A stretch of 64,000 bases of DNA from assembly GCA_965238215.1 (NCBI GenBank), contig OZ250180.1, forward strand, positions 1,765,524-1,829,523. Direction: 5' to 3'. Below, in pieces: positions 38,086 through 45,135 of the stretch. The stretch comes from Dehalococcoidia bacterium (GTDB taxonomy: Bacteria > Chloroflexota > Dehalococcoidia > Lucifugimonadales > GCA-2712585). Position 1 is the stretch's first letter. Each line of letters starts with the position of its first letter. A program made the translations under genes and the position numbers. Under the pieces are notes generated by a model. It saw nothing but the letters and a program-made list of their open reading frames with translations. It was not told the DNA's origin and made no database searches.

Positions 38086-38673
38086 ATGATAGATAATCTG
38101 GAAGCCTGCCGGGTCATTGAGCAGAACAGGAACAACGCCATCGTGGTCACTACCATGGGCGCCGGTAACCCGCGCTTCGGCTGGCCCGTGGTCTCCCAAG
38201 ACGAGGCTCTGGACGTGCCTGTCGGCGGCGCGATGGGCAAGGCGTCCTCCTTCGCCCTCGGTCTCGCCCTCGCTCAGCCCGACCGCAATGTCCTCATCCT
38301 CGATGGGGACGGCAGTCTGGTAATGAACCTGGGCACCCTTACCACCATCAGCGAGACGGCGCCGTCCAACCTCTATCATTTCGTCTTCGAAAACGGATGT
38401 TACGCCGTCACCGGCGGCCAGCCCATCCCCGCCGATGGCAAGGTGAGCTTCAAGGAGATGGCGGCGGGAGCCGGCTACGCCGCCGCCTACGAATTCGACG
38501 ATCTGGAAGATCTGGCAAGCGGCATAGGGGATATTCTCCAGAAGCAGGGGCCTATCATGGTTAACCTGAAGATAATTCCCGAGATTGAGAACAGCCCAAT
38601 TAACCTGCGCCCCAGGCCCAAGCGAAACACTTACGGGGCGGTGCAGGAACTCCGGCAGGCCCTGTCCGAATAG
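38086..38673 (+). CDS. comE: sulfopyruvate/phosphonopyruvate decarboxylase beta subunit-like (TPP-binding PP domain)
   Basis: GAMGKASSFALGLALA and LILDGDGSLVMNLGTL (GDG...N TPP/Mg motif). Confidence 0.75.
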   Translation: MIDNLEACRVIEQNRNNAIVVTTMGAGNPRFGWPVVSQDEALDVPVGGAMGKASSFALGLALAQPDRNVLILDGDGSLVMNLGTLTTISETAPSNLYHFVFENGCYAVTGGQPIPADGKVSFKEMAAGAGYAAAYEFDDLEDLASGIGDILQKQGPIMVNLKIIPEIENSPINLRPRPKRNTYGAVQELRQALSE

Positions 38674-38687
38674 GCGGCCCCGCCCCA

Positions 38688-38882
38688 ATGCTCAAGTCCA
38701 CGCTGACCGCCGTGTTCGCCCCCCTGCTGGGTATGCTGACCATGGGCGGCGGTTTCTATCTTCTCTACCTTGCCTTCCTCGACGGACGGCCCCTCCCCGG
38801 CTTCGGCGGCGGCATTCTCATCTTCCTTGGCGCATGGCTGATGGCGCGGGCCCGCCGCGCTCCCGAACGTCCAATCCCTTGA
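38688..38882 (+). CDS. small 2-TM membrane protein (hypothetical)
   Basis: 64 aa with two hydrophobic helices. Its stop overlaps the next start (TTGA). No clear SD. Confidence 0.4.
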   Translation: MLKSTLTAVFAPLLGMLTMGGGFYLLYLAFLDGRPLPGFGGGILIFLGAWLMARARRAPERPIP

Positions 38883-39445
38883 TACCCGCTCCTGAAGCTG
38901 CCCGCCTGATTCATGGCCGTCGGCGAGACGCCGTCGTCGTATCAACCTCGACCGCCCTGCGCCACTGGAGCGCCGTTTCAAATCGCAGGGAGCTGGACGT
39001 GGACATGACCGACTGCCAGGACAAGGCCGCCGATGTCGCACTGGGCATTTCCCTTGCCAGGCCCGAAGCCAAGGTGCTCATCCTGGACACAGACGCCGCC
39101 CTCCGCACCAACCCCGGCGCCCTTCTCACCACCGCCGCCTCCGCGCCGCCCAACCTGGTGCATTTTCTCTTGGAAGACGCCGGCTACCGCTCCACCGGCG
39201 GGTCCCCCATTCCCGGCATCAGCGACACGAACTTTGCTGCCCTGGCGGACGAGGCGGGTTATTCGTCGGTGCACCGGATAGATGACCTCGAAGACCTGGC
39301 CCTATCCCTGGAAGACATTCTTTCGGAGAGAGGCCCCGTCTTCGTTTCCATAAAGGTCATCCATCACACCGACCCTCCCCCCTATCCCGCACGTACCCTG
39401 GCCGAATCCCTGGCCGAAGTGCAGAAGGCCCTCGCCTCCCGCTAG
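38879..39445 (+). CDS. ComE-like paralogue with a degenerate TPP-binding motif
   Basis: Aligns with 38086..38673 along its whole length, but GDGS is replaced by TDAA (LILDTDAALRTNPGAL) and GAMGKAS by TDCQDKA. TTG 38879 chosen within ORF 38585..39445. Confidence 0.6.
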   Translation: MIPAPEAARLIHGRRRDAVVVSTSTALRHWSAVSNRRELDVDMTDCQDKAADVALGISLARPEAKVLILDTDAALRTNPGALLTTAASAPPNLVHFLLEDAGYRSTGGSPIPGISDTNFAALADEAGYSSVHRIDDLEDLALSLEDILSERGPVFVSIKVIHHTDPPPYPARTLAESLAEVQKALASR

Positions 39446-39455
39446 CCCCTACCCT

Positions 39456-39905
39456 CCCGTGTCCTCGCGTCGAGAGCTTGCCCCCGCGAAGGCGGGGGGC
39501 GGGGACCCATCCCCAGTGCCATCCGACCATTGCCATAAATCCCCCTTCACTGCTACCATCCCCCCATGAAAACCCACCCGCCTCAGTTGCACCCATCATT
39601 CGTTTCCACCACAGAAAAAAACGAATCCCCCTGAAACGAATAATCCCACCCCCCGTGTCCTCGCGTCGAGAGCTTGCCCCCGCGAAGGCGGGGGGCGGGG
39701 ACCCATCCCCAGTGCCATCCGACCATTGCCATAAATCCCCCTTCACTGCTACCATCCCCCCATGAAAACCCACCCGCCTCAGCTGCACCCATCATTCGTT
39801 TCCACCACAGAAAAAAACGAATCCCCCTGAAACGAATAATCCCACCCCCCGTGTCCTCGCGCGAGAGCTTGCCCCCGCGAAGGCGGGGGGCGGGGACCCA
39901 TCCCC
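39456..39905. repeat. 2.3 tandem copies of a 196-bp unit
   Basis: Units start at 39456, 39652 and 39848. The two full copies differ at one base (cagttgc vs cagctgc). Each contains the hairpin GCCCCCGC-gaag-GCGGGGGC. Confidence 0.95.
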
Positions 39906-40007
39906 CTCCCCGTAGGAGCGTCCCTTGTGGACGTCCGCTCTCTCAGCAGTCGGCCGAATGTGTTAGCATTAAACTAACTAGTTCGCTTCATCCGTAGGGG
40001 GTCTGTC

Positions 40008-40460
40008 ATGGAATGTCCACGCTGCAAGGGCCACGATTTGATGGTGCGAGACCATCTCGGCATTGAGGTAGACGCCTGTAGAAACTGCCAAGGCATGTGG
40101 CTGGACTACCAGGAATTGGACCAGCTGGAAGATCGTGTATTGGACGATGACTCTGTGAAGGGCAGTATGGTCTACGCCCAACGGGCCAGCGACATCTCCT
40201 GCCCCAAGTGTGCCCGGCGGATGACAACCTTCAACTACAGGGCCTACGACCTGCCTATCGACTTCTGCGTGGACGGCCACGGCTTTTGGCTGGACGCCGG
40301 CGAGGAGAAGCGGGTGCTGGAGCTCATGAAGAAGCGTATCAAGGACCTGAAGCGGGTCTCGTCCGCCGAGGGCGAGTGGGCCAATTTCCTGAAGGGGTTG
40401 GCCTCCGGTAAGTCCTCCTCCGGAGGGCTCATGGGCAAAATCAAAGGCTGGATCGCGTAA
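40008..40460 (+). CDS. double zinc-ribbon protein (zf-TFIIB-like x2)
   Basis: CPRC...CRNCQGMWLD and CPKC...CVDGHGFWLD repeats, with a basic/Gly-rich tail. Confidence 0.75.
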   Translation: MECPRCKGHDLMVRDHLGIEVDACRNCQGMWLDYQELDQLEDRVLDDDSVKGSMVYAQRASDISCPKCARRMTTFNYRAYDLPIDFCVDGHGFWLDAGEEKRVLELMKKRIKDLKRVSSAEGEWANFLKGLASGKSSSGGLMGKIKGWIA

Positions 40461-40530
40461 TAGTAGCCGGTCTTCGCCCTCGCCACCCAGCCCGTAGGGG
40501 CGACCCTTGTGATCGCCCTCCCACCCCCAG

Positions 40531-40850
40531 CCCGTAGGGGCGGTTCGCGAGCCGCCCGCTTCCTCTCTTGTCCTCGCGAATAGCCTGCCCTCGTGAAGAC
40601 GGGGGCGGGGACCCATCTTCTCCCCCCGTAGGGGCGGTTCGCGAGCCGCCCGCTTCCTCTCTTGTCCTCGCGAATAGCCTGCCCTCGTGAAGACGGGGGC
40701 GGGGACCCATCTTCTCCCCCCGTAGGGGCGGTTCGCGAGCCGCCCGCTTCCTCTCTTGTCCTCGCGAATAGCCTGCCCTCGTCAAGACGGGGGCAGGGAC
40801 CCATCTTCTCCCTCTCTTAGGGGCGGTTTGCGAACCGCCCTTCTCTCGTC
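40531..40850. repeat. about 3.4 tandem copies of a 94-bp unit
   Basis: ccgtaggggcggttcgcgagccgccc...tgtcctcgcgaatagcctgccctcgtgaagacgggggcggggaccc recurs at 40532, 40626 and 40720, with a partial copy at ~40818. Lies between convergent genes. Confidence 0.95.
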
Positions 40851-40879
40851 CATTCCCCCCGAATCAGCCCTCTTCAGGC

Positions 40880-41568
40880 TTAAGCCTGATTTAGCAGCCC
40901 TCGCACCGTCCTGAAGACCTCGTCGAACATCTCCCTGGTGAGCCGGCCTGTCTGGGTGTTCTGCTGGCTGGGGTGATAGGAACAGACCAGAACCCTGCCG
41001 TCGGGCATCTCGTGGATCACGCCGTGGCCGAACTTGGGCCGGGGCGAAGGAGGCGTCTGCCCCTTTTCCCGCAGCAACCGCAGATAAGCGTCGAAGGCTA
41101 TCCGCCCCAGCGCGACCACCACCCGTACGTTAGCCAGCAGGTCTATCTCTCGCAGCAGGTACGGCTGGCAGTTGGCCAACTCCTCCCGCAGGGGCTTGTT
41201 TTTCGGCGGGGCGCACCGAAGGGCCGCTGTGATAAAAGCCCCCTTCAGCGACTGACCGTCGCCGCGATGCGTTGACTCTGGCTGAAGCGCGAAGCCAAAT
41301 CGATGCAGCGCGCCAAAGACCCAGTCGCCGCTGCGATCTCCGGTGAACATCCGCCCGGTGCGGTTGCCGCCGTGGCCGCGGGAGCAAGTCCCAGAAGCAT
41401 CACCTGAGCGTTGGGGTCGCCGAAGGCGGGTAGGGGCTTTCCCCAATACTCCCAATCGGCGTACATCCGCCGCTTCTTCCGGGCTACTTCCTGCCGGTAT
41501 TCCGTCAGCCGGGGGCAGCGTGTGCAGCCGATTATCCGTTGTTGCAGCTTCTCCAATTCTGTCATCAT
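40880..41568 (-). pseudogene. family-4 uracil-DNA glycosylase with a 1-nt frameshift
   Basis: N-terminal part (41245..41568: CTRCPRL...LLGLAPAA) and C-terminal part ([16 protein letters not shown]...SYHPSQQN) lie in different frames. One C appears to be missing in gcggcc|acggc at ~41373-41378. Confidence 0.8.
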
Positions 41569-41680
41569 GGCCGCAGTTGACTATACTTGCCGGTATGCCG
41601 GGGGGCAAGGCTGGGACGCCGTCGGACCATCCTCGCCGGACTCCCATGCACTGGGCTGTAGAATTAAGGAGGATAGGCTT

Positions 41681-42058
41681 ATGACCATGCAGGAGAAGAA
41701 AGAATACCTGGAGGAAATGACTCGAAAGCGGGGCTACGTTCTGGAGATGCACCGCATTATGGCGGCGGAGGACTTCGAGTGGGTGAAGAAGTACGATCCC
41801 TTCCTGGAAGCCACGTACACGAGTCAGCGGCTGTTGGACAGGAAGACCAAAGAGCTTCTGCAGATCGTCGTGGAGGCGGCCCTGCGGGCCGACGTGGAGC
41901 AGATTCAGGCCCACGTGGAAGTGGCGCTGAAGGAAGGCGCGACGCCCCGGGAAATTCTGGAAGCGTTGCAGGCCGTAGCCATGCCCATGGGAATGCTGGC
42001 CTTCCGCCGGGGGCTTCAGGCGTGGGCCGCGGCAGTGAAGCCGGAAATGGTGGAGTGA
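41681..42058 (+). CDS. carboxymuconolactone decarboxylase (AhpD-like) family protein
   Basis: AAGGAGGA SD before ATG 41681. LDRKTKELLQIVVEAALR...EILEALQVA pattern. The longer ORF from 41411 was rejected. Confidence 0.75.
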   Translation: MTMQEKKEYLEEMTRKRGYVLEMHRIMAAEDFEWVKKYDPFLEATYTSQRLLDRKTKELLQIVVEAALRADVEQIQAHVEVALKEGATPREILEALQAVAMPMGMLAFRRGLQAWAAAVKPEMVE

Positions 42059-42065
42059 GCGCCCG

Positions 42066-42311
42066 CTAAGACGCTCGTTGCCGGAGGCTCCCCACCCCCG
42101 GCTGGCAATGCCCACATCCAGCGACGTTTTTGGCGGGGGTGTTCAGGGCCTGTTCTATGGCGGCATCTACGCTGTCAAATGAACCGAACCATCGGTTGTC
42201 GTCTTTCCGAGTTCCTTTAATCCCTTGACCGTGGTTGCAAAAGCGGCAATCCCCATCGTGGACGCGCGCTCGTTTTGTCGGTGAATCCTCGTAAACCCAA
42301 AAGGTCTTCAA
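42066..42311 (-). CDS. stand-alone ~80-aa Cys4 domain protein (uncharacterised)
   Basis: LKTFWVYEDSPTKRARVHDGDCRFCNHGQG...WFGSFDSVDAAIEQAL...GCGHCQP. It is a paralogue of the C-terminal 80 aa of the upstream dehydrogenase. TTG start is tentative. Confidence 0.55.
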   Translation of the reverse strand: MKTFWVYEDSPTKRARVHDGDCRFCNHGQGIKGTRKDDNRWFGSFDSVDAAIEQALNTPAKNVAGCGHCQPGVGSLRQRAS

Positions 42312-42328
42312 ACCCTTACGCTCTCTTC

Positions 42329-43666
42329 CTATGGGCTCCGCTGCCGGAGGGTCCCCACCCCCGGTTGGCAAACGCCGCATCCGGCCACGTCTACGGCGCG
42401 GGTGTCCAGCACCTGTTCGATGGCCGCATCTATCCTTGTGAAGGGTCCATACCATCGACCGCTCGGCGCCGTCGAATCGTGGAGCCCTTGACCGTCGTTG
42501 CAGAAGGAACATTCGGCCACGTGGATACGCGCCCGGCGTCTCGGCAAGTTTTCGTAAACCCACCAGGTCTTTGAGGCGGCCTCTCCCCGTCCGTCCAGAG
42601 CCTGCAGCGCCGCGTCCCCCACCTCCTCCGTGGATGCGCCTCCGCCCAGGTCCGGCGTAAGCGCCTCTCCAGCTTCCAGAGTCTCGACCACCGCCCTTTC
42701 CAGCGCGGCGGCGGCGTCTTCCTGCCCCAAATGCCGGACCATCATCGCGCCCGAAAGAATCATCGCCAGCGGATTGGCCACCCCCTTGCCCGTGATGTCC
42801 GGCGCGCTCCCATGGACGGGCTCGAACATGGAGGGAAACCGGCGCTCCGGGTCTATGTTGCCACTGGCGGCCAACCCCATGCTGCCTGTAATAATCGCGC
42901 CTATGTCCGTCAGTATGTCGCCGAATAAATTACTTGCCACCACCACGTCGAAGTCCTCCGGCCGGCGAATGAAGTCCATGCAGGCCGCGTCCACCAGCAG
43001 CGACTCCGTGGCCACGTCCGAAAACTCTCGGGCCACCTCTTCGAACACCCTGTCCCAGAGCACCATCCCGTACCCCATGGCGTTGGACTTCGTGACCGAT
43101 GTCACCTTCCCTCGTCGGCCCGGTTGCTGGGCTAACTTAAAGGCGAACCTGATGACCCGCTCGCAGCCGTGGCGGGTGAACACGGACGTCTGGGCCGCCA
43201 TCTCCTGGGGCGTGCCCTCGTAGTGAAAGCCGCCCACGTTGGCGTATTCGCCCTCGGTGTTCTCCCGGATGACCACCATGTCGATGTCCCGCGCCTTCTT
43301 GCCGCTGAGGGGTGATCTTACACCCGGGTAGAGCAGGCTAGGCCTCATGCACACGTACTGGTCGAAGCCGCGGCGGATGGGCAGCAGCAGGTTGTTCAGG
43401 GTCACGTGGTCGTGAATCTCCGGGTGTCCCACTGCGCCGAAGTAGATGGCGTCAAAGGGCCGAAGAGTATCCAGCCCGTCTTCCGGCATCATGCGTCCGT
43501 GCTGGAAATAGTAGTCGGACCCCCAGGGCATGTGGGTAAACTCCCAGCCGAAGTCGAAGCGCCGTCCCAGTCCATCAAGGACGCGCAAGCCCTGGGCAAT
43601 GACCTCAGGGCCGATGCCGTCTCCGGGTATGACCGCAACCCGATAGGTGGTCAATTTCCGATCCAA
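42329..43666 (-). CDS. tartrate dehydrogenase/decarboxylase (isocitrate/isopropylmalate DH family) fused to a C-terminal Cys4 domain
   Basis: VIPGDGIGPEV, IRENTEGEY and NLFGDILTD motifs over ~360 aa, then an extra KTWWVYENLPRRRARIHVAECSFCNDGQG...GCGVCQP. Confidence 0.85.
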   Translation of the reverse strand: MDRKLTTYRVAVIPGDGIGPEVIAQGLRVLDGLGRRFDFGWEFTHMPWGSDYYFQHGRMMPEDGLDTLRPFDAIYFGAVGHPEIHDHVTLNNLLLPIRRGFDQYVCMRPSLLYPGVRSPLSGKKARDIDMVVIRENTEGEYANVGGFHYEGTPQEMAAQTSVFTRHGCERVIRFAFKLAQQPGRRGKVTSVTKSNAMGYGMVLWDRVFEEVAREFSDVATESLLVDAACMDFIRRPEDFDVVVASNLFGDILTDIGAIITGSMGLAASGNIDPERRFPSMFEPVHGSAPDITGKGVANPLAMILSGAMMVRHLGQEDAAAALERAVVETLEAGEALTPDLGGGASTEEVGDAALQALDGRGEAASKTWWVYENLPRRRARIHVAECSFCNDGQGLHDSTAPSGRWYGPFTRIDAAIEQVLDTRAVDVAGCGVCQPGVGTLRQRSP

Positions 43667-43735
43667 CGCTCGCGGTTGACGGGTGGCTGTAGACGCCCGC
43701 CCGCCCCTTGGCGACTCTTCAAGCGCTTCATAAAT

Positions 43736-44923
43736 CTAAGCAGCGGCGAGCGTCTTGCTCGCGGCGGCCACACCGGCTCCTGCCGGGACCTCATAGCCCT
43801 CCTTGGGCAGAATCTCCTCAAGGGCCGAGAGTAGCAGCAGCAGGTTTGCGCCGGTGCTGGCCTCTCCCATCAGTCCGATGCGCCAGATCTTACCGGCGAA
43901 CTGTCCCAACCCACGGGAAATTTCAACGAGATAATCGTTAGCCAACCGTGCACGTACCCGGGCTTCGTCAATCCCCTCGGGGATGGCCACGGGGGTAATC
44001 TGGGCTAGCCGGTGATTCTCGTCGGAGATCACGGAAAGGCCCAATGCCTCCAGGCCAGAGCGAAGCGCCGCGGCATTTCGCTGATGTCGCTCGTATCGCG
44101 AAGCCAACCCCTCGTCCAGCACCACCCTCAGGCCCTCGTAGAGGGCGTACAGGCTGCTTATGGGCACAGTATGGTGGTAAACATGGTCTTTGCCCCAGTA
44201 CTCGGCAATTTGGGGGATGTTCAGATACCACGTAGATGGGGGTGCGCTGCGGTTGTTCATGGCCTCCAGCGCGGCCTGGCTGACGGCAACGGGCGCAAGC
44301 CCCGGTGGGCAGCTGAGGCACTTCTGCGACGCGCTTGAAACGTAGTCGATGCCCCAATCGTCTACGGCCACCTCGCTTCCGCCGAAGGACGTAACCGCGT
44401 CGACGAAGAACAGAGCATCATGCTCCTTTGCCATGCGGGACACTTCTGTTAGTGGCTGGCCGATGCCCGTGGAGGTCTCGGCGTGGACCATGCCGACGAG
44501 CTTCACCGACTTGTGCTTCTTGAGCTCGGCCTCTATGGCTGCGGGGTCCAGGGGTTTCCCCCACTCGCCCTCGACGGTGATCACCTGAGCGCCCTGGCGC
44601 CTGGCCATCTCCACCATGCGCTGGCAGAAGAAGCCGTAGGAGCCTATGATCGCCACGTCCCCGGGTTCCAGCAGGCTGGCCATGCCGGCCTCAATGCCCG
44701 CCGAGCCTGTGGCTGATAGGGCCATGGTCAGAGATTCCTGGGTCTGGAACACTTCCGAAAGCATAGCGGCTATGCCGTCGATGACGGGTATGAAGACGGC
44801 CTCGCCGTAGCCGACGACGGGGGTTTGCATGGCTTTGTAGACACGCGGATGGACGTTGACGGGGCCGGTGCTGAGTAGCACCCTGGCCGGCATGTTTAGC
44901 TCTGGATAACTATTCTGGACCAT
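43736..44923 (-). CDS. class-V aminotransferase (alanine-glyoxylate/serine-pyruvate type)
   Basis: SASQKCL PLP-lysine block. 395 aa. Confidence 0.9.
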   Translation of the reverse strand: MVQNSYPELNMPARVLLSTGPVNVHPRVYKAMQTPVVGYGEAVFIPVIDGIAAMLSEVFQTQESLTMALSATGSAGIEAGMASLLEPGDVAIIGSYGFFCQRMVEMARRQGAQVITVEGEWGKPLDPAAIEAELKKHKSVKLVGMVHAETSTGIGQPLTEVSRMAKEHDALFFVDAVTSFGGSEVAVDDWGIDYVSSASQKCLSCPPGLAPVAVSQAALEAMNNRSAPPSTWYLNIPQIAEYWGKDHVYHHTVPISSLYALYEGLRVVLDEGLASRYERHQRNAAALRSGLEALGLSVISDENHRLAQITPVAIPEGIDEARVRARLANDYLVEISRGLGQFAGKIWRIGLMGEASTGANLLLLLSALEEILPKEGYEVPAGAGVAAASKTLAAA

Positions 44924-45135
44924 CTGCTCTCCCTTATTTTTCCCTTTTCACACCAGCGAAGAGGGTTGATAGTCGGCCCTCTTCGCCCGCACCTGCGACA
45001 AAGCAAGATGCCCTAGTCTTGGGGAATGGCGCCCCCACTTTGGCCATCACCGATGCTCTAAGTTGGTGGGGCACTAGGCTTGCACAGCCTATCAGCGAGG
45101 TTTAGGGGTGTCAAGGAAAGGAGGAGAACGCCCAT

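Noticed and set aside
38585-38878. First 98 codons of ORF 38585..39445
   Set aside because: They overlap the 3' end of comE and the small membrane ORF in other frames and are Arg/Pro-rich. Homology to ComE begins only after TTG 38879.
39478-39997. ORFs 39478..39765, 39674..39997, 39357..39788 and 39583..39795 with identical Pro/Arg-rich peptides
   Set aside because: They are translations of the 196-bp tandem DNA repeat on both strands. The identity simply mirrors the DNA repeat, and the composition is non-protein-like.
39978-40804. ORFs 40244..40804, 40441..40785 and 39978..40616 on the minus strand
   Set aside because: They run antisense to the zinc-ribbon gene and through the 94-bp repeat array. 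They are repeat-derived low-complexity translations.
39456-40850. CRISPR array
   Set aside because: The repeats are 94 and 196 bp long and directly abut each other with no unique spacers. No cas genes are present.
41569-42115. N-terminal ~180 aa of the 411-aa ORF 40880..42115
   Set aside because: Only the C-terminal part is UDG-like. The upstream extension runs antisense through the AhpD-like gene (41681..42058) and is an open-frame artefact of high GC.
42056-42120. TGA ending the AhpD-like gene as a second selenocysteine codon
   Set aside because: The protein is already full length for the family and has no CxxC/CxxU context. The downstream frame runs antisense through the Cys4 gene, and there is no hairpin at SECIS distance.
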